Assembly (NCBI GenBank): GCA_963718285.1
Contig: CAVQYU010000006.1
Coordinates: 94,059 to 158,058, forward strand
DNA from: an uncultured Chloroflexia bacterium
GTDB taxonomy: Bacteria; Chloroflexota; Limnocylindria; Limnocylindrales; CSP1-4
Direction: 5' to 3'
Length of the DNA: 64,000 nucleotides
In this document: positions 20,236 through 30,030 of the stretch, in pieces
Layout of the letters: every line of letters begins with the position of its first letter
How positions within the stretch are numbered: the stretch's first letter is position 1
Position numbers and translations under genes: made by a program
The notes under the pieces: generated by a model
What the model saw: the letters and a program-made list of their open reading frames with translations, nothing else
Told to the model about the DNA's origin: nothing
Databases searched by the model: none

Positions 20236-20988
20236 TCAGCCGATCAGCAGCTTCAGGCCCACGATCGTGCCGATGACGATGATGGCCGTGCGCAGGACCG
20301 GGGCCGACAGGCGGCGGCCGACCTTCGCTCCGACCTGCCCGCCAATCGTTGCCCCTACGGCCAGGGTGATCGCCGGCGGCCAGGCGACCGGCGCGAGGAG
20401 GATGAACAGGATCGCGGCCACCCCGTTGATCAGGAGGGCGAGCACGTTCTTGAGGCCGTTCAGGCGCTGGATGTTGTCGGGCAGGAAGACCCCCAGGATC
20501 GCCATCATGATCACGCCCTGGCCGGCCCCGAAGTAGCCGCCGTAGATCCCGGTCAGATACAGGGTGATGACCAGGGGCACGGTGTGCTCCTCGCCCACCG
20601 CCCGCCGATCGCCCATGGCGGCCGATAGCCGGGGCTGGATCGCGATCAGGACCACCGAGCCCAGGATCAGGATCGGCACGATCCGGCCGAAGGCGGCCGG
20701 CGGCAGCGCCAGCAGGAGCAGGCCGCCGGTCAATCCACCGGCGGCCGCGGCGGCGCCCAGGCGGATGACCCGGCTGCGCTGGCCGACCAGCTCTGCCCGG
20801 TAGCCGATCGAGCCGCTCAGCGTGCCCGGGACGAGGCCCACCGTGTTCGTGACGTTGGCTACGACCGGCGAGTAGCCGAACGCGAGGAGCGTCGGGAAGG
20901 TGATCAGGGAGCCCGATCCGACGATCGTATTGATCGTCCCGGCAGCCAGGCCGGCCAGGAAGATGCCGGCAACCTCGAATGGGCTCAT
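20236..20988 (-). CDS. TauE/SafE-family anion exporter (sulfite exporter family membrane protein)
   Basis: The start is MSPFEVAGIFLAGLAAGTINTIVGSGSLITFP. There are about 7-8 TM helices and an internal repeat, YLTGIYGGYFGAGQGV. Confidence 0.85.
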   Translation of the reverse strand: MSPFEVAGIFLAGLAAGTINTIVGSGSLITFPTLLAFGYSPVVANVTNTVGLVPGTLSGSIGYRAELVGQRSRVIRLGAAAAAGGLTGGLLLLALPPAAFGRIVPILILGSVVLIAIQPRLSAAMGDRRAVGEEHTVPLVITLYLTGIYGGYFGAGQGVIMMAILGVFLPDNIQRLNGLKNVLALLINGVAAILFILLAPVAWPPAITLAVGATIGGQVGAKVGRRLSAPVLRTAIIVIGTIVGLKLLIG

Positions 20989-21059
20989 CAGGGGCCAGTT
21001 TGAGGCTTGCGTGCCGGGCGGTGTCCGGCGCCGGTCCGGATCGGGGCCGATGCCCCAAG

Positions 21060-21960
21060 ATGGAGGGCGTGTCCGTCCTGACCGCTGACTACGCCCTGCT
21101 CGATGTCGACGATGGCCGGCGCCTGGAACAATTCGGCGAGCTGATCCTCGATCGACCGGCGCCCGGTGCCGAAGGACACGTGGCCGGGGACCCGCGCGCA
21201 TGGGCCCGGGCCGACGCCCGTTTCGATCGAGCCGATCGGGGCGACGTCGCACACGAGGGCTGGACCACGATCAGCGGCGGCCCGATCGAGCCATGGTCGA
21301 TCAGCGAGGCCGACCTGCGGCTCGAGCTGCGCCTCGCCCCGAGCGGCCAGGTTGGCCTCTTTCCGGAGGGTGCCCCGAACCGAGCCTGGATCGGCCGCCA
21401 GGCGGCTCGGCTCGCCCAGGAGGGGGAGCGCGCAACCGGCCATCCTCAACCTCTTCGGCTATACCGGGGCGAGCACATTGGCCGGTGCCCGGCGTGGCGC
21501 GGCGATGACCCACGTCGACGCCTCGCGGCCGGCCGTCGCCTGGGCCCGCCGCAACGCCGAGCTGAACGACCTGGCCGACGCCCCGATCCGCTGGATCAGC
21601 GATGACGCGGCGACCTTCGCCGAGCGGGAGCTGCGCCGGGGTCGTCGATATGCGGGGGTGATCCTCGATCCGCCGTCCTACGGTCACGGCGCGAGCGGCC
21701 ATCCCTGGCGGCTGGCGGACGACCTGCCCGGCCTGCTGGCGACCTGTGCGGCCCTGTTGGCCGACGGCCCGGCGTTCATCCTGCTGACCGCCCACACCCC
21801 CGGCTTCGGGCCGGACCGCCTGGGCGAGGCCCTGCTCGAGGCGCTTGGACCCGAGATCGGCCCGGACGCCGGCGCCCGGATCGAGGTCGACGACCAGTCC
21901 CTCCTGTCGGACTCGGGCATCCGCCTCCATCTCGGCGCGATGGCCCGCTGGACCCAATGA
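21060..21960 (+). CDS. Class I SAM-dependent (RlmI-like) methyltransferase (apparent frameshift near 21430)
   Basis: ILNLFGYTGASTLAGA (motif I) and VILDPPSYG (motif IV) are present. The N-part is in ORF 20979..21605 and the C-part in ORF 21166..21960. Confidence 0.78.
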
Positions 21961-22763
21961 CCGAAGCCGAGATCAGCAGTCCGGCCAACCCCCGGATCAA
22001 GACGGCCGGCCGCTTGCGCGAGCGGCGGGAGCGCGAGGCGACGGGCCTGACGATCGTCGACGGCGCGCGCGAGGTCGGCCGGGCCCTGGCGGCCGGCGTC
22101 GAGGTCATCGAGCTGTTCGCCTGCTTCGATCAGGCCACATCCGACGATGCCCGGGCGGCGCTGGCCCGGGCGATCGAGACCGACGTCCCGGTGACCGCCG
22201 TGAGCCAGGCCGTGATCACCCGCCTGGCGTACGGCGATCGAGCGGATGGGCTGGTCGCCGTCCTGCGCACTCCATCGCTCGATCTTCGCCGCCTCAGCCT
22301 GCCGGCGGATCCCCTGATCGTGGTCGCCGAGGGCGTCGAGAAGCCGGGCAACCTGGGGGCGATCCTGCGCTCGGCCGACGGCGCTGGGGCGGATGCCCTG
22401 GTGGCCGCCGATCCCCGGACCGACGTGTTCAACCCGAACGCGATCCGGGCCAGCCTGGGCACGATCTTCGCCGTCCCGCTGGCCGTCGCCTCGACGGCCG
22501 CGACGATTGCCTGGCTCGAGGCCAGCGCGATCGCGGTCGTCGTGGCCCGAGTCGACGGCTCGGTGCCCTACGAGACGGCCGACCTCCGAGGGCCGCTCGC
22601 GATCGTCCTGGGCAGCGAGGCCGACGGCCTGGGTGCTGCCTGGTCCGGCCCCGCGATGCGTCCTGTCCGGCTGCCGATGCTGGGCATTGCCGACAGCCTC
22701 AACGTGTCGGCCGCAGCGGCCATCCTGCTGTACGAGGCCCGGCGCCAGCGCAGCCAGGGATAG
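21957..22763 (+). CDS. TrmH/SpoU-family RNA 2'-O-methyltransferase
   Basis: Intact 268-aa ORF with SpoU motifs KPGNLGAILRSADGAG, IVLGSEADGL and LPMLGIADSLNVSAAAAILLYE. The start overlaps the upstream stop (ATGA). Confidence 0.85.
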   Translation: MTEAEISSPANPRIKTAGRLRERREREATGLTIVDGAREVGRALAAGVEVIELFACFDQATSDDARAALARAIETDVPVTAVSQAVITRLAYGDRADGLVAVLRTPSLDLRRLSLPADPLIVVAEGVEKPGNLGAILRSADGAGADALVAADPRTDVFNPNAIRASLGTIFAVPLAVASTAATIAWLEASAIAVVVARVDGSVPYETADLRGPLAIVLGSEADGLGAAWSGPAMRPVRLPMLGIADSLNVSAAAAILLYEARRQRSQG

Positions 22764-22806
22764 GGCGAGGTGTCCGCAGGCCAGGCCTGATCCAGACCCG
22801 CGTCGA

Positions 22807-24482
22807 CTACGCCTCGTAGGCGACGACGCCGTCGATCAGCACGAGCCGCGGACGGGTCGTGGCCAGCGGCCCGCCGGCGATCGGGCGAGCGTCGAGCGAG
22901 GCGGCCGGGATGACGACCACGTCGGCCCGCTGGCCGGCGACCAGCCGGCCCCGGTCGGGGCTGCCCTCGGCCTGGGCCGGACCGAGGCAGGCTCCGCGCA
23001 GCGTCTCGGCCAGGCTGAGCGATTCGGCCGGCCCGAAGGCCGGGCTGCCCTCCGTCCAGGACGGCCAGCGTCGATCCATCGCCAGCGCCAGGCCCGGCCA
23101 CGGGTCGATCGGCTCGACCGGCGCATCGGTACCAAAGGCCAGGGTCGCGCCGTGGCGCAGCAACGATCGCCAGGCGTAGGCCGAGCGCTCTGCCCGGTCG
23201 CCCCAGCTCGCCCGAGCCTGGGCCGCGTCCGCTCGGAGGTGCACCGGCTGGATCGAGGCCACCACGCCCAGCCGGCCGAATCGCTCGAGGTCGGCCGGGT
23301 CGACCAGCTGGGCATGCTCGACCCGGGCTCGCAGGGCCAGCCGCCGGGTGGCTTCCGGTTCGAATGCGTCGAGGGCCGCTCGAACGGCGGCGTCGCCGAT
23401 GCCGTGGATCTGGGTCGCGATCCCGCCGGCCGCCGCCTGCGCCGCCCGCGCCGCCAGGATGGACGGCTGCGGTCACCCAGATGCCCCGATCTTCGGGGTC
23501 CGGCGGACCGCCGTCCGCCGCCTCGAACGGCTCGAGCATCGCCGCGGTGCGCGAGCCGAGGGACCCGTCGGCGAAGAGCTTCAGCCAGCCAAAGCGGGCC
23601 CGGCCGCCTGGATCGTCCGCCAGGGCAGCGCCACTGCGCAGGCCACGGTCCAGGGCAGCCTGAAGTCCTTCGGCTCGGATCGAAGCGTGGACCCGGACCG
23701 GCAGCCGACCGGCCCGGGCCAGATTGGCGTAGGCAACGAGCGGTCCCTCGAGCCACGGATCTCGGCCCAGGACGCCGGGGTCGTGGACGGCCACGATCCC
23801 GAGCGCGACCAGATCACGGCAGATGACGGGCAGGGCCGCCTCGTAGTCCGCCAGCGCGGGCACGGGAATCCTGCTCGTGACGAGGCCGGTGCCGCACTCT
23901 CGTGCAGGATCCCGCTCGGCCGGCCATCGGAGGCCCGCCGGATCCGGCCGCCGGCAGGGTCGCGCGGAGCCTGCGCCCAGCCCGGCGTCGGCGAGGGCAG
24001 CGCGACTGACCCACAGGGCGTGGTGGTCGTGGGCCCAGAGCGCCACGGATCGATCATGGGCGACCTCGGGCCAGGTCCTCAGCCGTGGGCCAGCCGCCCC
24101 AGCGCTCGGCGCTCCAGCCGTGGCCCGTGAGCCAGGCGTCCGCTGGCAGGCGGCGATGGGCCTCGCCCACCAGGTCCAGGCCGGCGGCCAGGGTCGGCGC
24201 GTCGGCCAGGTCCACCTCGTGGACGGTCAGCGCGGCGTCGGCCAGGTGGAGGTGGCTGTCGGTCAGGCCGGGCAGGGCCACCTCGTCCGGCCCGAGCTCG
24301 AGGCGCAACGTGGTCGGGCCAACGACCGCCTCGATCTCCGAGGCTGGGCCCGAGGCGACGACGCGTCCCGCCCGGACCGCGATCGCCTCGACCTCGGCCA
24401 GGCCGTGGCTTCCGGCCAGGGTCACGACGCGACCGAAGATCGCCAGCTCGGCCGGCCGTTCCGGACGCGTGACCCGGGGCAC
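22807..24482 (-). CDS. Amidohydrolase-family (YtcJ-like, amidohydrolase 3) metal hydrolase (at least 4 apparent frameshifts)
   Basis: The N-part has ALPGLTDSHLHL (ORF 24054..24791). The middle has WLKLFADGSLGSRTA. The C-part has IQPVHL..LAFGTDAPVEPIDPW (ORF 22807..23265). Confidence 0.72.
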
Positions 24483-24496
24483 GCCGAGCTGCCCGC

Positions 24497-25503
24497 TCAG
24501 GGCGTTTCGCCCGGCGGACCGGCCAGGAATGCCGCGAGATCGGCTCCCCGGAGACCGGCACCGAGGCCCAGGGACAACGCGATGCGGGCCTTGGGGCCGG
24601 TCAGGGTGCCGGCCAGGAGGGCGCCGGCCCGGACCCAGGTCGCGCCGCCACCCGGGAAGGCATAGCCCGCGCCCGCCCCGCCCGACGGGCTGCGGCTGGC
24701 CAGGACGATCGGGATCCCCGCGTCCAGCGCCGTCTGGGCCTCGGCCAGGAGGCTCGGCGAGGTGTTGCCGGCGCCCGGTCGCCTCGACCACGATCCCGGC
24801 CGGGCCGAGCAGCGCAGGCGCTCCGGATCAGGCCCTCGTCCTGGCCGATCGTGGCGACCACGATCGGGACCGGCTGGGCCGCGACCGTCGTGTCGAGGAT
24901 CGCCCGGCGGAGCCGGGGCGGACCGTCGATCACGATCTGGCCAGCCTCGAGTCGGCCGAGCCGCCCGCTGTTCAGGCTCTGGAAGGTGTCAAGACGGCTG
25001 GTGTGGGTCTTGGTCACGTCGGCGGCGGGTTCGATCGTACCGGCCAGGACGACCACCACCCCGTGGCCGGCCAGGCTGCCGGTCGCCGCACATCGGACCG
25101 CGTCGCGCAGGTTGTCCGGACCGTCGTAGCCGGGATCGGTGGCGTTGCGCATCGCGCCGGTCACCACGATCGGTTTGGCCGAGTCGACCAGCAGGTCGAA
25201 GGCAAAGCTCGACTCCTCGATCGTATCGGTGCCCTGGACCACGACCACGCCGTCGATGTCCGGGTCGGCGGCCAGCCGGCGCAGGTCGCCGACCAGGCCG
25301 AGCAGTCGCTCAAAGGTCCAATGGCTAGCCGGGATCATGCCTCGATCGAGCGGCACGACCTCGGCGATCTGGGCCAGCCCGGGCGTGCGGGCGAGGATCG
25401 CTGCGCCGTCGAGGGCGGGCACCGCTCCCCCGGCCTGCGGGTCGACCAGCATGCTGATCGTGCCGCCGGTGAAGACCACCGCGACCCGGGCCACCCGGCT
25501 CAT
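24497..25503 (-). CDS. L-asparaginase (type I-like), apparent frameshift(s) near 24780
   Basis: VAVVFTGGTISM (TGGTI motif), VVVVQGTDTIEE and IVVTGAMR are present. The C-part GAGNTSPSLL..IPIVLASR lies in another frame. The start overlaps the MFS stop (ATGA). Confidence 0.8.
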
Positions 25504-26894
25504 CCCCGGGCGACATCCCGGCGCAGGACCGCCGACAGGATCCCGGAGACGGTGATCGCCACGGCCACCACGAACACGACGGCCGTGGTCGAGATCCAGT
25601 CGGCGATCGGCCCGACCACGATGATCGGCAGGAAGCTGGCGGTCGAGATCAGCATGTTGAGCACGCCGAAGACCCGGCCCCGGACCTCCTGGGGCAGGTC
25701 CTCCTGGAGCTGGGTCTGAGCCGGGATGGCCACGCTGGCGTAGGCGATCCCGGCCAGGAAGGCCAGCACGATCACGACCGACAGCAGGCTGACCAGGGAC
25801 GACACGTCGACCGGCGAGACCGAGCTGACGTGCTGCAGGAAGCGGGTGATCGGGCCGGCCGCCGCCAGGAGGCCAAGGAAGATCCCGAGCAGGATGAGGC
25901 CGCCTTCGATCGAGCGCCGGCGCGGGATCATCTTGCCGTAGGCGTTCAGGAGCAGGATCCCGACCACCACCCCGATCCCGAGGGGCAGCACGATGACCAC
26001 GAAGTCCTTGGGCGAGAGGCCCAGGGCCTGGTTGGCGAACGCCGGCCCGACCACCCCCAGGACGCCGATCAGGGAGGCGGTGATCCCCAGGTAGATGAGC
26101 GACCAGGTGACGTTGTGGTTGGCCCGAATAAAAGCGATGCCTTCGCGCAGCTGGCCAAGGGTCGAGGCCGCCGCGGCGCTCGCTTCGTGGACTGCCAGGC
26201 CGTGGGGCTGGTCGGCGACCGTCGGCCGCACCGACGGCAAGGTGATCGTGAGGACCATCGCCAGCAGGTAGAAGGCGGCCACGACCAGGAGCAGGAATTG
26301 CGGGCTGGTCAGGTTGACGACCAGCGGACCGAGGAGGGCGAATCCGATTGCGAAGGCCGCGTTGAGGGTGACCGTGAAGATCCCGTTGGCGGCCAGCAGC
26401 TGGCTGCGCTTGACCAGGACCGGGATCATCGCCGCCTCGGCAGGCGCGAAGAACGTGGTCACCGTCGAGATCAGGGCATTCAGGACGAGGATGACGATCA
26501 GGTTGTCGCCCACGAAGAAGAGCAGGGCGAACATCGCGGCCCGGAGCAGGTTGGTCACGATCAGGATCAGGCGCCGGTCGAGCCGGTCGACATAGACCCC
26601 GGCCACGGCCGAGAACAGGACGGCCGGCACCAGGAAGGTCAGGACCAGCAGGCTGACCGCCGAGGTCGAGTTGGTCAGCGAGAAGACCAGCACGGTCAGC
26701 CCGTACAGGACCATGTTGCCGCCGATCTGGGTCGAGGCCTGGGCCAGCCAGAGGGCCAGGAACGGCTTGTTGCGGAGGACCTCGAGGGTCCGGTTCTGCT
26801 CGGGCGCAGCGCCGTCCTCGACGTCGGCGACGGCCCCGGCAGCCGCTTCGGCGGCGAGCTCCTCGGTGATGAGCGGGGGGCCTCCCGGGATCAT
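25500..26894 (-). CDS. MFS transporter
   Basis: Intact 464-aa ORF with about 12 TM helices and the MFS loop GVYVDRLDRRLIL. Confidence 0.85.
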   Translation of the reverse strand: MIPGGPPLITEELAAEAAAGAVADVEDGAAPEQNRTLEVLRNKPFLALWLAQASTQIGGNMVLYGLTVLVFSLTNSTSAVSLLVLTFLVPAVLFSAVAGVYVDRLDRRLILIVTNLLRAAMFALLFFVGDNLIVILVLNALISTVTTFFAPAEAAMIPVLVKRSQLLAANGIFTVTLNAAFAIGFALLGPLVVNLTSPQFLLLVVAAFYLLAMVLTITLPSVRPTVADQPHGLAVHEASAAAASTLGQLREGIAFIRANHNVTWSLIYLGITASLIGVLGVVGPAFANQALGLSPKDFVVIVLPLGIGVVVGILLLNAYGKMIPRRRSIEGGLILLGIFLGLLAAAGPITRFLQHVSSVSPVDVSSLVSLLSVVIVLAFLAGIAYASVAIPAQTQLQEDLPQEVRGRVFGVLNMLISTASFLPIIVVGPIADWISTTAVVFVVAVAITVSGILSAVLRRDVARG

Positions 26895-27229
26895 GGTGGT
26901 CCCCCGTCGCGCGGCCGGGGTGCCACTGCGGCGCTGATCGCCGGGTCACCCCGTTCGACGAACTCGACGATCCGGCCTTCGAGCTCCGGCCGGGCGATCA
27001 AGAGGTGCCGCCCGCAGGTCTGACAGCGCAGGCCAATGTCGGCACCCAGGCGATCCACCAGCCAGCGGTCACCCCCGCAGGGATGGCTGCGCCGGAGCCG
27101 GACGATGTCACCAAGGAGGAGCGCGAGGGGACGGCGATCAACCACGGAGGGCCGAAGCAGGCGCGGCTGGAGGCCGGGGTTCGAGGAGAGACATCCGGCC
27201 GGGAGGGTATCAGAGGCGCGGCGTGCCAT
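26891..27229 (-). CDS. DUF951-family small protein (start uncertain; GTG 27145 is an alternative)
   Basis: The core is LLLGDIVRLRRSHPCGGDRWLVDRLGADIGLRCQTCGRHLLIARPELEGRIV, matching the DUF951 CxG...CxxCG pattern. Confidence 0.6.
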   Translation of the reverse strand: MARRASDTLPAGCLSSNPGLQPRLLRPSVVDRRPLALLLGDIVRLRRSHPCGGDRWLVDRLGADIGLRCQTCGRHLLIARPELEGRIVEFVERGDPAISAAVAPRPRDGGPP

Positions 27230-27883
27230 GCACCGGTACGAGCGTCTGGGTGGTCGCCGGCAGCCGGAGCATGTCGACCGGAGTCACGATGAGCTGGACC
27301 GTGGGGTCGGTCGCTCCGAGCTGGGCCACGATCCCGCCGGCCCGGGTCAGGCTGCCGGTCAGGCCCGACGAGTTGCCGATCGCGCTGACCTCGAACGGAT
27401 CGGCCAGATGGGTGCTCTCGACGAGGAGGTTGCCCGCCGGCCCCTGGACGATGCTGTTCGGCTCGATCCGGACGCCGGCCACGGTGATCGCCTCGGCGCC
27501 CGCGTTGCGCAGCTCGTTGAGGAGGTCCTGGACCGAGCTGCCGTCGATGCCCCCGGTAATCGTGATTCGGATGCCCGGCCCAGCGACAGGATCGAGCCCG
27601 GACCAGGCCCGCAGCCGGGCAAGGTCGGCCTGGAGCTGGCCGACCGAGGTGTCGCCCCGGGAATCACTGGCCTGGAGGGCGCTCAGCTCGGCCTGCGTCG
27701 TAGCGACCTCGGTCCGGAGCTGGTCATTGCGGGTATTGAGATTGCCCACGAGCACGGTGAGCTCGCTCGTGGTCAGCGTATCGAGGCCGTTGCCGGCCTC
27801 CTGCGAGCGGAGCTGGACCACGACCAGGGCCCCCAGCAGGAAGGCCACGATCGCCAGCGACAGCTGGTTCCGACGCCGGCTCA
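27210..27883 (-). CDS. DUF881-domain membrane-anchored protein
   Basis: An N-terminal TM helix (LSLAIVAFLLGALVVVQL) and a coiled coil are followed by GPGIRITITG..VQDLLNELRNAGAEAITV.GVRI. The GTG start overlaps the upstream stop (GTGA). Confidence 0.75.
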
Positions 27884-28651
27884 CGGCTGGGCCGACGGGT
27901 CGGGCTGGGCGTAGCGCAGGTTGATCGTGCCGGCATAGGCCGGCAGGTCGACCTCGGCCGGCTCCGCGAAGTCGATCTGGATCCCGAAGGCCTGGGCCCG
28001 GGCCTGGACGAACGCCTGGAAGGCGACCGCGGCATTGAGCCGGTCGAACATGTCGGCGGGGCCGATCGCCGCCACCTGGTAGGGCGGGGCGAGGTAGGCC
28101 GAGTTCACGAGGATCGTCCCCCCGATGTCCAGGATGGCCGTGCCGGTGGTGATCCGCTCGCCGTTGACGGCCACCGCCTCGGCACCCGCCAGCCACAGCG
28201 ATTCGACCACCCGCCGGACGTCGTTGGCGCTGACCAGGTAGTCGTTGGGGTTGTCACCGGGCAGCACCGTCTGGCCGGAGTCGCGCAGCTGCAGGACCAG
28301 TCCGGGCCCTTTGAGCGCGATGAGGCCGGAGGCCAGCCGGGCATCCTGGAGCGACTGGCCCAGACTGCTGGCCGCCGCCGCGCTGCCCTCCCCTTTTGTC
28401 TCGAGCGTGCTGATCTGACCGCGCAGGTCGAGGATCTGGGCCTTGAGCGCGTCCTGCTGGCTCTGCAGCCCGATCGCCGTCTGGACCAGCGGACCGCGCT
28501 CGTCGCTGGCGTACTGGGAGCGCGGCCCGTCCGACTGGTATTGGGCCACGACGAGGAAGCCCAGGACGAGCAGGGCCAGGCCGAGGGCGACCTGCCAGGA
28601 CGGGATCCGGCGGATCCGGGTCAGGCGCGGGCTGGGCTGGCCGGCGGTCAC
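27881..28651 (-). CDS. DUF881-domain membrane-anchored protein
   Basis: Intact 256-aa ORF with a TM helix, a coiled coil, and then GPGLVLQLRD..DVRRVVESLWLAGAEAVAVNGERI. Confidence 0.8.
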   Translation of the reverse strand: MTAGQPSPRLTRIRRIPSWQVALGLALLVLGFLVVAQYQSDGPRSQYASDERGPLVQTAIGLQSQQDALKAQILDLRGQISTLETKGEGSAAAASSLGQSLQDARLASGLIALKGPGLVLQLRDSGQTVLPGDNPNDYLVSANDVRRVVESLWLAGAEAVAVNGERITTGTAILDIGGTILVNSAYLAPPYQVAAIGPADMFDRLNAAVAFQAFVQARAQAFGIQIDFAEPAEVDLPAYAGTINLRYAQPDPSAQP

Positions 28652-30030
28652 AGAGGCGTCCCGGGCGGCACCCGTCGCGAGCGCAGGTAAAGCGCAGCCA
28701 GGCCGCCGGCCGCGACGAGGATCACGATCAGGATGACGAGCCCGGTCGAGTCGCTCGAGCCAGCCCCGGTTCCCGTGGTCGGCGCTGCCGACGCTGGCGT
28801 TGGGGCCGATGAGCCGGTCGGGGCCGAGCTTGGCGCGGGTTCGCTGGATGCGGCCACCGCTGCCCCGGTCCAGTCCGACGGCAAGGGACCGGCCGGGGGC
28901 GGCTGCGGACCGTAGGCCCTGGGCGGCTGGACGCCGAGGTCGTTGAGCCAGGCACTGTTGAAGCCGGCCGTGTCGACGCCCAGGGCGGCCTTGAACGCCT
29001 CGTCGTCACTGACTCCGCCGGCGTACGAGCGGACGAGCTTCACCAGGGCCGGCTGACCGTATGTCCTGATCATGAAGTCGACCGCCGACACGCTTTCGCC
29101 GTAGGCCAGCGCGAACTGGTCGGCCGTGGTCGGGAACTGGCCGACCAGCCCGTCCAGGGGGATGACCCCGCCCGAGGAAACGGCCGAGGCGACGGTCGAT
29201 CGCCAGTCGGCCGTGTAGCCCTCGGACAGGTAGACCGCCAGGCCTTCGTTCAGCCAGCGGGGCGGGCTGTGGAACGGGTTCTCGGTGGCCGTGTTGAACA
29301 CGAGGTGGGTCAGCTCATGGGGGATCACCGTGCCCACCCACGAAGCATTGATCTCGTCCGGTGTGATCAGCGCAAACAGGGTCCGGATCTGGGCGTTGGC
29401 CAGGCCACCCACGTTCTCGCGGGTGCCCGGCCCCAGGGCGTCGTAGAACGGGGCGGTGCTGTCGTAGATGAAGAAGTCGACCGGCTCGGTCTCGGTCACC
29501 CCGAGCAGGGCCGCGGCGTTGGCAATGCCCTTCTCGCCGATCGTCAGGGCGCGGGCGCCGAACGCGTCGTCGCCGTCATACCAGTGGACCCGCACGATGG
29601 GACCCGCCTTCGTCTTCCAGGCGAACCGGGTGTCGGCGTAGGTCAGGCTCGTCGACGGGCCCAGCTCCTGGCTGCCGTCGCTGTCGGTGATCCGCCAGCG
29701 CGCCTGGAAGGTCGTGTTGGGATAGACGTGACCGTCCGAGATCTTGATCACGTTGGTGAGGGTCTGCGGGCCGCTGCCCGGGTTGGGCACCTCGATGACC
29801 GACGGACCGATCGCGCCCGGCTCGGTCAGGAGCAGCTCGGCCCGGAGGGGCTTGGCGGCCAGGATGACGTCCTCGCTGAACGTGATCGACGTGCCGAATA
29901 TGAACGAGCCGGTCGGGGGCTCAAACGTGGCGATGGGCGAGGCGGCCCGTACAGGCAGGCCCAGCGCGACCACGGCCAGGAGCCCAAACGCCACGGCCGC
30001 GCCTCGGCCGCGCCGGCTCAGTGCGCCCAC
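28648..30030 (-). CDS. Peptidase MA-family (gluzincin) metalloprotease, secreted with a C-terminal TM anchor
   Basis: It has a signal peptide, HELTH followed 20 residues later by NEGLAVY (HExxH...E), a Pro/Ser/Ala-rich linker and a terminal TM helix LVILIVILVAAGGLAAL. Confidence 0.8.
   Translation of the reverse strand: MGALSRRGRGAAVAFGLLAVVALGLPVRAASPIATFEPPTGSFIFGTSITFSEDVILAAKPLRAELLLTEPGAIGPSVIEVPNPGSGPQTLTNVIKISDGHVYPNTTFQARWRITDSDGSQELGPSTSLTYADTRFAWKTKAGPIVRVHWYDGDDAFGARALTIGEKGIANAAALLGVTETEPVDFFIYDSTAPFYDALGPGTRENVGGLANAQIRTLFALITPDEINASWVGTVIPHELTHLVFNTATENPFHSPPRWLNEGLAVYLSEGYTADWRSTVASAVSSGGVIPLDGLVGQFPTTADQFALAYGESVSAVDFMIRTYGQPALVKLVRSYAGGVSDDEAFKAALGVDTAGFNSAWLNDLGVQPPRAYGPQPPPAGPLPSDWTGAAVAASSEPAPSSAPTGSSAPTPASAAPTTGTGAGSSDSTGLVILIVILVAAGGLAALYLRSRRVPPGTPL

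Noticed and set aside
16824-21000. A genomic island integrated at tRNA-Val.
   Set aside because: I saw no integrase, no direct repeat of the tRNA 3' end, no obvious compositional shift and no mobility genes in the adjacent 4 kb.
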